Shown: positions 6,046 to 13,108, counted from the first letter of the stretch. The stretch: 35,885 bases of DNA from a virus (IMGVR_UViG_3300043414_001406:1-35885), one strand, 5' to 3'. Made by a program: numbers and translations. The notes: generated by a model not told the origin, from the letters alone.

Positions 6046-8877
6046 TCAGTCGTAGTCCAAAGACTGAGCGAAGCGCATCAGCTCTTCGAACTCATCGTCT
6101 TCGATCTCATCCAACTGGTGGATGACGACTTCCTCGTCGGGGTCTTCGATCTGCGGAATGAGCGGGATGTGCTCTTCCGGAGATTCAAACCCCCAACCTC
6201 GCTGGTGTAGTACGGGGATCAGCATGTCCATGATGGACACGCCGTCACCCTGCTGGAAGACCAGACGGTCATAGCGACCGAGAGGCTTCGTGGAGATGCC
6301 GTGGGCGTTCGGCTTCTCGGGTGTTAGCACGTAGTGCCAGACCGCTAGGGCACGCTGACCGGGCTTGTCAAACCCGTTGAGTTCTGCAACGGCATCGTTG
6401 ATGACGCTGCGGATCTCCGCATGCTTGGATCGCTGCAGGGTAATCTTCTTGAGACCACTGCTGTTGGCGATCACGCCCTTGTACTTGCCGTCCACATTGG
6501 ACAGCTTCGTACTGTAGCGCAGGTAGAACTCGCTTGCCCACGACATGCCCTTGTCGAAGTTGAGCGACTTCACCCACTGCACCACCGGCTGCTGGGAGCG
6601 CATCTGCAGAGTCTTCATCTCCACATTAGCCCAGATCTCCTTGATGGCATCACGATATGCCTCTTGGAAACTGGACAGCTCACCGTCCACAGCGAACTCG
6701 GCAGCCTTCTTCCTGTGCTTACCGGAGAACCGGTTCACAAGATAGCTGTCGACCTGTCCGTTCGTGCACTTCAGTGCAAGCAGTGTCGTTTCCGACGTGG
6801 CTTGTGCTGCAGCGGAGATCTCGTTGAAGATCTTCGGATCGGACAGCTGTTGCGCCCCGTCGACCAACTGTTCGAACGGAACAGTCAGCGACGGAGGCAT
6901 GGACGGCCCCATGGCACCAGCCCAGGCCATGATGGCGTTGGCAACACCACCAATACCTGGGTTCCACTGCTGGGCCAGGATCTGACGCAGAGCATCAGCC
7001 TTGGTCCAGGTAGTGCGGGAGTACGTCAGTGAACCCTGGATGGAGTTCACTTCGATACCCTTCATCTCCTCACCCTGCGGCAATGGCAATGTCGCCAGGT
7101 CGATGACCTCAGCATTGTCGAGGTCCAGGAACTGCCAGGGCAGATCCAGGATGTCATCGATCTCCAGGAAGGAGAATTCTCCGACACCGTTCGGTGACCT
7201 CAACGCCGATGCCACCCACTTGGCTTCGCTGGCCGTGGTGGGAATCATCTCCTTGGGGGAGATGACACCGTTCTCGGCCATCATCGCGGTTACGGTGGGA
7301 TCCGATGACCAGATCCGGCAGAGTTGCAGTTCCACCGAGTCATCGAAATCTGCGCCACCGAGCAGGCCGTAGATCTCCTCGAAACGGTCGTCGGGGATGA
7401 CGATACCGATACCGGGAGCATACCATGCCCTGTTGCCACGATGGTGGGTCTTGTAGTTGCCAACCTTCGTCAGCGAGCCGTGGCTCACGATGAGCATCAC
7501 AGTCGCATTCGACTTCGGCAAATACATGGCTTTGGCGTAGCCCTTGGCCTCGCCATTGTAGTAGCCACCGTCGAACCACTTTGCCATGCGGTTCGCACTG
7601 CCCCCCATCGCCATACGCAGCATGTTCTGAGCTGAACGGATGTCCAACCCAGCTTTCTGCCAGCGCATGATGGCGTTGGCTTCACCCTTGTAGGCCTCGC
7701 GTTCTTCGCCGAGACCTTCTTCGGTGTGGGCTTCGTTGCCCATGAGCAGCCAATCCGGCAGTTCGCCAGACTGGATGGCCTCCATGATCTTGGAGACATA
7801 GGTCTTCAGATCACGGTTCCGGTGGTGATGGGTGAGAATCTGCGGATTCATCACCAACCGCTGGACATCCCATGTCGCCTCGTGAACCGGGTGGTGTTCT
7901 GAGGCGGTGAACATCATGAACTGATCCGTTGGACGGATCTCGCTCTTGATGTTCTCGGGAACGGTGACGATATCATAGCCGTCCATGAACTTGTCAGGAC
8001 GGACGATCATGTCACCCTTGATGAGGCAGCCCATGGGAGCCAGGGCCACCTTGCCTGCCGGAATGAGCAAGCGCGCATTGAAACGCTTGATCTTCCCAGC
8101 TGCGATGAGGTACCGCTGCTTGCGGCGCTCTTCATCGCTAGGGATGAGTTCCGTGGCCTTGAGCATGAAGCTCTTGGACACGTAACTCATGCCATCGCGG
8201 CTGACAGCAGAAAGATCCCTCGGCTGACGGACCTTGATCCGAACAGCTTCGATCTCCTTAGTGTCGTCAGTGTACCAGGCCAGCTTGCTGGTACGAACGA
8301 GCTCATTTGCTCGCTTGGACGACTTCGGGGCATCGATCATCTCGATACCCATTGGTTGCAGCCCCCAACCTTCATGGTCGGGGAACTGGAGGAAGAACGA
8401 GGTTGATGCATTGGCCCAGGCGAACTGGACCTTATCAACCTTCTCCTTCCAGGTGGCGAAGAACTGCTTCTTCTCCATCTCGGTGGCGTTGGCGTCGAAA
8501 TTGATGACGCCATTCTTCACCACGGTGAGACGGAAACGAATGTTCTTCTCTTCCAGCCGTTTCATCAGTAGATACGGCTGCCAATCAGCACCATCGATGG
8601 CCATGAGACCATCGACTGGCATGGCGTCCTTGACGGAAACCATGTACCGATCCTTCTCGGATTGGATGGGATCATTGGTTATGATCCGCACCTCCCCGAA
8701 AACCGGATGCGACTTGAGAAAGGAGATTGTCCTCCCTCTTGGCGTGACCTTGGACTCGGCAACGATCGCTTCCTTCTTCAGGAAGTGAGCCTTGCCATTG
8801 ATCACCACATAGTGGCGACCGTCCTTGGCCACCTTCGTCTGGCTCAGAAGCCAGAAGAAGATGCTGTACGCGAACAT
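6046..8877 (-). CDS. Putative single-subunit two-barrel (DPBB) DNA-dependent RNA polymerase, YonO/eukaryotic-RdRP-like
   Basis: Ordered motifs RDGMSYVS, FNAR...IKGDM...ENIK, GIVIP...LGGADFDD and LRSPN; the size fits; start set at the ATG at 8877 behind GGAGGT. Confidence 0.7.
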   Translation of the reverse strand: MFAYSIFFWLLSQTKVAKDGRHYVVINGKAHFLKKEAIVAESKVTPRGRTISFLKSHPVFGEVRIITNDPIQSEKDRYMVSVKDAMPVDGLMAIDGADWQPYLLMKRLEEKNIRFRLTVVKNGVINFDANATEMEKKQFFATWKEKVDKVQFAWANASTSFFLQFPDHEGWGLQPMGIEMIDAPKSSKRANELVRTSKLAWYTDDTKEIEAVRIKVRQPRDLSAVSRDGMSYVSKSFMLKATELIPSDEERRKQRYLIAAGKIKRFNARLLIPAGKVALAPMGCLIKGDMIVRPDKFMDGYDIVTVPENIKSEIRPTDQFMMFTASEHHPVHEATWDVQRLVMNPQILTHHHRNRDLKTYVSKIMEAIQSGELPDWLLMGNEAHTEEGLGEEREAYKGEANAIMRWQKAGLDIRSAQNMLRMAMGGSANRMAKWFDGGYYNGEAKGYAKAMYLPKSNATVMLIVSHGSLTKVGNYKTHHRGNRAWYAPGIGIVIPDDRFEEIYGLLGGADFDDSVELQLCRIWSSDPTVTAMMAENGVISPKEMIPTTASEAKWVASALRSPNGVGEFSFLEIDDILDLPWQFLDLDNAEVIDLATLPLPQGEEMKGIEVNSIQGSLTYSRTTWTKADALRQILAQQWNPGIGGVANAIMAWAGAMGPSMPPSLTVPFEQLVDGAQQLSDPKIFNEISAAAQATSETTLLALKCTNGQVDSYLVNRFSGKHRKKAAEFAVDGELSSFQEAYRDAIKEIWANVEMKTLQMRSQQPVVQWVKSLNFDKGMSWASEFYLRYSTKLSNVDGKYKGVIANSSGLKKITLQRSKHAEIRSVINDAVAELNGFDKPGQRALAVWHYVLTPEKPNAHGISTKPLGRYDRLVFQQGDGVSIMDMLIPVLHQRGWGFESPEEHIPLIPQIEDPDEEVVIHQLDEIEDDEFEELMRFAQSLDYD

Positions 8878-9004
8878 AACTACCTCCAGTAGTATGCTCA
8901 TTCGCATAGCGTTATACTATGCTGCTCTTGATTTTGTTCTGTGATCGCTTATGTCACAGACCGGATTTGAACCGGAGGCTGCTAGCCTTATAGGCGCTAA
9001 GGGC

Positions 9005-9018
9005 CTATCCATAAAAAA
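9005..9018 (-). promoter_or_regulatory. TTTTATGGATAG motif upstream of the polymerase-like gene
   Basis: ctatccataaaa at 9005; variant TTTTACAGATAG at 9039-9050. Confidence 0.7.
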
Positions 9019-9057
9019 CTAATTTAATAATTAGAGTTCTATCTGTAAAAGGGGGAG

Positions 9058-9085
9058 TGAGCAGTTTCGCGACATGCTCAGGTCG
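9058..9085 (-). ncRNA. H-type pseudoknot motif, copy 3
   Basis: Minus strand CGAC-C-TGAGCA-T-GTCG-CGAAAC-TGCTCA; P1 covaries with copy 1. Confidence 0.65.
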
Positions 9086-9092
9086 ATGGGTG

Positions 9093-9359
9093 TTACTTGC
9101 GGTGCTGCGGGCAGCGGGACTGACCGCTCACCTCGGTGATGGTGCCGGTCCACCGGTGGGTGGAGCGGGACCACTTTCCGTTTTCCTGCGCCCAGGTGAC
9201 GCAGTTGACGGTGACCATCCGATCGATGATCATGGTCTTGGTCTTGGTATCATCAGACACTTTGACCATTTTCCCAGTAAGGCTGTTTTGCTTGGCGTAC
9301 GTGATCGCCTCAAGAAGATTAGCAGCCTCAAAGATCGTATTGCCGATCTTGTATTTCAT
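9093..9359 (-). CDS. Hypothetical protein
   Basis: 88 aa, GGAGG RBS. Confidence 0.8.
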   Translation of the reverse strand: MKYKIGNTIFEAANLLEAITYAKQNSLTGKMVKVSDDTKTKTMIIDRMVTVNCVTWAQENGKWSRSTHRWTGTITEVSGQSRCPQHRK

Positions 9360-9407
9360 GGTGTCCTCCAGACACTGGATAGCAGCCTCAGGTTTAAGGC
9401 TAGGGAT

Positions 9408-9460
9408 CTATCCATAAAAGAGTTCCCCCAGGACCGAAGTCCCAGGGGAATTACTCTTTT
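9408..9460 (-). promoter_or_regulatory. Hairpin + TTTTATGGATAG element
   Basis: Minus strand AAAAGAGTAATTCCCCTGGGAC-TTCG-GTCCTGGGGGAACTCTTTT-ATGGATAG. Confidence 0.8.
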
Positions 9461-9698
9461 ACCCCTGACAGCCGCAGGGGTCATTTGGCTTTTCGGCGTT
9501 GTATCCAGCCGAGATCAATGCCTTGATCTCTGCTAGAGTGAGCCGAAAAGCCAGCTGTTCTGGAGCGGTCGGTTTTGGCCTGTTGGCCTGACGCAACCGC
9601 CCCTGGACATGAAAGTTGCCGTGGTTAGGGCAACCGTCACGTCCGACTGTTCTCTGGCACGGATTGCCAGAGGTGGTGTTGGTTGATAGACATTTCAT
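9459..9698 (-). CDS. Small Cys/His putative Zn-binding protein
   Basis: KCLSTNTTSGNPCQRTVGRDGCPNHG (C-C-C-H); AAGGAGGTGA RBS. Confidence 0.8.
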   Translation of the reverse strand: MKCLSTNTTSGNPCQRTVGRDGCPNHGNFHVQGRLRQANRPKPTAPEQLAFRLTLAEIKALISAGYNAEKPNDPCGCQG

Positions 9699-9726
9699 TG
9701 TTCACCTCCTTTAAGTGACTAAATCT

Positions 9727-9780
9727 CTATCATTAAAAGAGTTTCCCCGAAGACTGAAATCCCCGGGGAATAACTCTTTT
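9727..9780 (-). promoter_or_regulatory. Hairpin + TTTTAATGATAG element
   Basis: AAAAGAGTT-TCCCCG...CGGGGA-ATAACTCTTTT adjacent to the motif variant. Confidence 0.8.
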
Positions 9781-9843
9781 ACCGTTTCTGTTCCCAAGCT
9801 ACGGTAGCTCGGCCCCACATGTCGGGAGCCAGGTGGCCATCTA

Positions 9844-9999
9844 TCACGCGACGTAGTAGTGGTAGAAGTCTGATGTCATCTTGACACCAAGCTTCCTCAC
9901 TCGCTTGGTCACGCGACGGCACTGCCTGTGACTGAGGGCCTGATTTGTATCAGGATCAATCAACGACATGGCAGCTCGGGCCGCATGGAAATTGGACAT
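9844..9999 (-). CDS. Small basic hypothetical protein (MSNFHAARAA...)
   Basis: ATG at 9999 behind AAGGAGGTGA. Confidence 0.75.
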   Translation of the reverse strand: MSNFHAARAAMSLIDPDTNQALSHRQCRRVTKRVRKLGVKMTSDFYHYYVA

Positions 10000-10027
10000 T
10001 TTCACCTCCTTTCTAAAGGCTAGAGAT

Positions 10028-10073
10028 CTATCCATAAAAGAGTTACCCCTTAGTTGCCCAAGGGATAACTCTT
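10028..10073 (-). promoter_or_regulatory. Hairpin + TTTTATGGATAG element
   Basis: AAGAGTTA-CCCCTT...AAGGGA-TAACTCTT next to ctatccataaaa. Confidence 0.8.
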
Positions 10074-10127
10074 CTTATTTATGTCAGCACTTAGTGTAGG
10101 GACATGTGCCAGACCCTTGTCCTCCTG

Positions 10128-10361
10128 CTAGGGGAGGAGGATTATTGCACCCACAGGAATTGATCCTGCGGGATAGGTGTTGACCTCCATGAGACGAAAT
10201 ACCGCCTCCTGAGGGTTGGTACAATGGCCAGCTGCGATGCTGGAGTAGGTGTCACCCGACTGGGCAACAACCTGTGGTGCATCGCACACCACCTCAGTAT
10301 TGTGCTTGCACGCGGCAAACACAAAGCCAAACAATGCCATAATGGCGAGGAAATACCTCAT
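10128..10361 (-). CDS. Small LysM-domain lipoprotein
   Basis: Signal peptide with lipobox-like FAAC, then VVAQSGDTYSSIA...LMEVN...IPVGAIILLP (LysM consensus). Confidence 0.75.
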   Translation of the reverse strand: MRYFLAIMALFGFVFAACKHNTEVVCDAPQVVAQSGDTYSSIAAGHCTNPQEAVFRLMEVNTYPAGSIPVGAIILLP

Positions 10362-10400
10362 ATTACTTGTCCTCCTTGTGGACTAATAGACCCCAATGGT

Positions 10401-10457
10401 CTATCCATAAAAGGGTTTCCCCTCACTACACTGGATGTGTAGCAAGGGGAGTCCCTT
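10401..10457 (-). promoter_or_regulatory. Hairpin + TTTTATGGATAG element
   Basis: AAGGG..TCCCCT-CACTACAC-TGGAT-GTGTAG-CA-AGGGGA..CCCTT. Confidence 0.8.
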
Positions 10458-10612
10458 CAGTCCTGAAGAAGGTTGTATGCCTCCTGGAGGAGGCTCTGGG
10501 CCTCCAGGATCTGATACGACAGGTCGCCCTGTCGCACTTTGAGTAGGGCTTGTTGAGCCCTACTCATTGTTGAGATGGCCTGCGAGATCTCGTGGAGCAG
10601 GTCCTCATTCAT
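10457..10612 (-). CDS. Small helical hypothetical protein (MNEDLLHE...)
   Basis: ATG at 10612 behind GGAGGTG; the longer track ORF reads through the regulatory element. Confidence 0.75.
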   Translation of the reverse strand: MNEDLLHEISQAISTMSRAQQALLKVRQGDLSYQILEAQSLLQEAYNLLQD

Positions 10613-10664
10613 GACAATGCACCTCCAGTGCATGGATAGCGGTCTCAGGTTTGAGACCAGGAAA

Positions 10665-10720
10665 CTATCCATAAAAGGGGTTGCCCCCACTACACTGGAT
10701 GTGTAGCAGGGGCTGCCTTT
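10665..10720 (-). promoter_or_regulatory. Hairpin + TTTTATGGATAG element
   Basis: Shares the 21-mer CACTACACTGGATGTGTAGCA with the 10401 element. Confidence 0.8.
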
Positions 10721-10721
10721 G

Positions 10722-11168
10722 TTAGACGAAGTCGCCACCTTCGTCATCTTCCTCCTCTTCTGGAGGAGGAGAGAAGATCGCCATCAAGGCGAGGATCGGA
10801 AAACCGATCTCCTCACCCCCAATGGCGTCTTCTGCCAGTGGCCACGGCGGTGTTACCTCCGTAGCCATCTGGTGCTCCACCCCCCACCAGGAGGGAGTAA
10901 CCTCCATTGACAGGAGGTCATCCGCGAAGATGCGGATCTTACCTCCTGTCAGCAGAAGCTCTTCCACCTCCTTCCTGGAGTAGGGGTAGATGACCTGTCC
11001 CCACTCCGAGGGAAGGTCGGCGGCGATTACCACCTTCCCTTCCGGAAGGTAGCTGCTCGTCACCTTTTGCCCCCACAACAGGATGGAGGCAACGTCTTCA
11101 CCTTCCCAGGTGATGACGACCTCCTTCTTGCTATGGTTGTCGAAGATGGTTGTCTGGCTGTTGTTCAT
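10722..11168 (-). CDS. Acidic hypothetical protein
   Basis: ATG at 11168 behind GGAGGT; acidic tail EEEEDDEGGDFV. Confidence 0.8.
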   Translation of the reverse strand: MNNSQTTIFDNHSKKEVVITWEGEDVASILLWGQKVTSSYLPEGKVVIAADLPSEWGQVIYPYSRKEVEELLLTGGKIRIFADDLLSMEVTPSWWGVEHQMATEVTPPWPLAEDAIGGEEIGFPILALMAIFSPPPEEEEDDEGGDFV

Positions 11169-11233
11169 GACTACCTCCAGTAGCATGATTGATGCGCACA
11201 GCGTTGTTGCTGTACGACTAGATGGCCATAGGC

Positions 11234-11295
11234 CTATCCATAAAAAAGGTACCCCTTCCCAGAATCCGAAGATCCTAGGAAGGGGTATTCTTTTT
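11234..11295 (-). promoter_or_regulatory. Hairpin + TTTTATGGATAG element
   Basis: AAAAAAG-GTACCCCTTCC...GGAAGGGGTAT-TCTTTTT with a cUUCGg loop on the minus strand. Confidence 0.8.
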
Positions 11296-11297
11296 AC

Positions 11298-12212
11298 TCA
11301 GTTGCAGATCACCTGCTGCAGCCCAGCGATATCGCCAGGCAGGTACTTACCATACGAGTAATCGCTCTCGTATGACATGATGCTCTGGACCTGCTCGCCC
11401 TCTGCATCATGGGTGTGATCCAGGCCCATGAGGTGACCCATCTCATGCAGGATAATGTGGGTATGGTTAGCCCAGTCATCCTGCACAGACGGATCCACTG
11501 CAAGGGTGGCATCCTGGATATGCAGAGACACACCGAGGAAGGTACTGCTACCTGCGACATTTATCTGCATTTCTGCTACATGTAGTTCGGGCAAATCCCG
11601 CTCAACAACAGGAACCACCCAATCCGTTTCAGTGGGGACATAGCTGCTGTCCACTACCTGTACACCCATGTGGGTATACTGGTTGAACAGGGCAATGTCG
11701 CCCATGAAATCATCATACTTGGAATCCATAGGGAGATTCCACTGCATGACGACATGGTTGTCCACCATGGTTTCCCACGGGATCTCAACCATGCTACCAT
11801 CCTCCATGGGGAACATGGTAGCAGTGTATTCACTGCTGTTGGTGTACGTATCGCACACGTACTCAGCAGTAACGGGTGCCACCGTGGTAGTTGTTTCTTC
11901 TACCATAGCAGCGGTGACTTCTGCTACAGTAGTGGTGCTTTCTTCCACCATGGTAGTAGTAGTCTCCTCCACCATGGTGGTGATGGTGGGGAGGACGTTG
12001 CTGGTAGCAGCGGTGTCATTGCTGCTAAGGACAATGGTGGCACCAATGATGCCAACAATGATGATCGCCATAGCAATCACGGTCATGACGATACGGTTCC
12101 ACATGGGAACCATAACTGCCCTGTAGTCGTTGGTATAGATCGGTTCATATGTGAACGGATCCATGCCGATTTGACGGCGGGCGATGACCTTGTATTCCTT
12201 CTTGAAGAACAT
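11298..12212 (-). CDS. Membrane-anchored metzincin zinc metalloprotease (matrixin-like)
   Basis: TM helix IVMTVIAMAIIIVGIIGATIVL, Thr/Glu-rich linker, HEMGHLMGLDH (HExxHxxGxxH) and Met-turn SIMSY; ATG at 12212 behind AAAGGA. Confidence 0.85.
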   Translation of the reverse strand: MFFKKEYKVIARRQIGMDPFTYEPIYTNDYRAVMVPMWNRIVMTVIAMAIIIVGIIGATIVLSSNDTAATSNVLPTITTMVEETTTTMVEESTTTVAEVTAAMVEETTTTVAPVTAEYVCDTYTNSSEYTATMFPMEDGSMVEIPWETMVDNHVVMQWNLPMDSKYDDFMGDIALFNQYTHMGVQVVDSSYVPTETDWVVPVVERDLPELHVAEMQINVAGSSTFLGVSLHIQDATLAVDPSVQDDWANHTHIILHEMGHLMGLDHTHDAEGEQVQSIMSYESDYSYGKYLPGDIAGLQQVICN

Positions 12213-12484
12213 TGTTATTCCTTTGATACGCGCGTAAGCGTGGGTTGGTTGATAATGAGTGACAAGTGCTGAACACCAAAGCCCCATACCCGGGTGGGCA
12301 TGTTAAAGGTTAGGAGCGCAACATATACTCACTATTACCGGCTTGTATTTTTTTCTGGTTTTTTCCCTTATATGGCTTTTATATGTTTATACATGTTGTT
12401 GTTCTTTTTTTATTCTTTTATTATTTTTTTTTTATATGTTTATATGGCCCGCTTGTTTTTTTCTTTTTTTTGTTCTTGGTTGTC

Positions 12485-12514
12485 TTGATTTTTCTTTTTT
12501 GTTCTGTGTATGAT
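12485..12514 (+). promoter_or_regulatory. Possible sigma70-type promoter
   Basis: TTGATT-18 nt-TATGAT, with TGTG immediately before the -10 box. Confidence 0.4.
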
Positions 12515-12564
12515 CTGTGAACCGGGCGAATTTGGTCGCCGGGAATAAACAACGTTAGGATGCC

Positions 12565-12774
12565 GTGGTGAATACTTTTGTAGATTGTCCGTCGTGTGGT
12601 TCTGAGTTCATCGTTGATGAAGAGATTATGTCTTCCAATCTTCGATGCCCTGATTGCTTACAGTGGGTATCTAGCTATAGTGACGATAATGATCGTTTGT
12701 TTGTGTCTGCATATGCGGTCCGCTTTGATGATCATTTTGAAGACTATGGTTATGAGTCAGGGTATGATTACTGA
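12565..12774 (+). CDS. Zn-ribbon protein with acidic tail
   Basis: CPSC...CPDC. Confidence 0.7.
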   Translation: MVNTFVDCPSCGSEFIVDEEIMSSNLRCPDCLQWVSSYSDDNDRLFVSAYAVRFDDHFEDYGYESGYDY

Positions 12775-12908
12775 TGTTTCTTTGTTCGTACTGTAAGAGA
12801 ACTGTGTCAGGGTCTGAAACGGCTTGGATACATAATGGTGCGGATGGAAAACATTTTATGTTTTGTTCGGAACTTTGCCTGCTGAAAAAGGTTAGTGATA
12901 ATGGATAG
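12774..12908 (+). CDS. Small TRASH/L24e-like zinc finger, 44 aa (not in ORF track)
   Basis: MFLCSYCKR...HFMFCSELCLLKK; TGATG overlap with the upstream stop. Confidence 0.65.
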   Translation: MFLCSYCKRTVSGSETAWIHNGADGKHFMFCSELCLLKKVSDNG

Positions 12909-13056
12909 GTTTTTAATCACTGGTACTTATGACCATACTGATTTCAGTGTGTCAGCTAAAGATCTTGATGAGTTAAATCGTTTGATCGATTCGTTAAGTT
13001 CTCATCCTGGTGTTGTGAAGTTTGATGTTTGGAAGTTGTTTTCTTCTGTAGAATAG
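12901..13056 (+). CDS. Small Lrp/AsnC ligand-binding-domain-like protein, 51 aa (not in ORF track)
   Basis: ITGTYDHTDFSVSAKDLDELNRLIDSLSSHPGV resembles the AsnC/RAM pattern; ends at the terminator. Confidence 0.5.
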   Translation: MDRFLITGTYDHTDFSVSAKDLDELNRLIDSLSSHPGVVKFDVWKLFSSVE

Positions 13057-13057
13057 C

Positions 13058-13098
13058 AAAAGGCCCCCGGTAGCGTTGCTGCTGCCGGGGGCCTTTTT
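13058..13098. terminator. Bidirectional intrinsic terminator
   Basis: AAAAGGCCCCCGGTAGC...GCTGCCGGGGGCCTTTTT between convergent genes. Confidence 0.9.
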
Positions 13099-13108
13099 GT
13101 TTTTGTTG

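Noticed and set aside
6046-8877. T7-type polymerase or reverse transcriptase
   Set aside because: No DxxGR, Rx3Kx7YG or YxDD motifs found; the motifs fit the two-barrel class instead
2408-8892. Many long + strand ORFs (e.g. 2408, 5257, 6421, 8234)
   Set aside because: Antisense shadows of GC-rich minus-strand genes, lacking RBS and motifs
9005-11295. CRISPR array or integron attC array
   Set aside because: The intervals are whole genes of variable length, the conserved part is only 12 nt, no GTTRRRY/RYYYAAC cores were seen, and no cas or integrase gene is in the window
12565-12774. LysW amino-group carrier protein
   Set aside because: It has a Zn ribbon and acidic tail but lacks the terminal EDWGE motif
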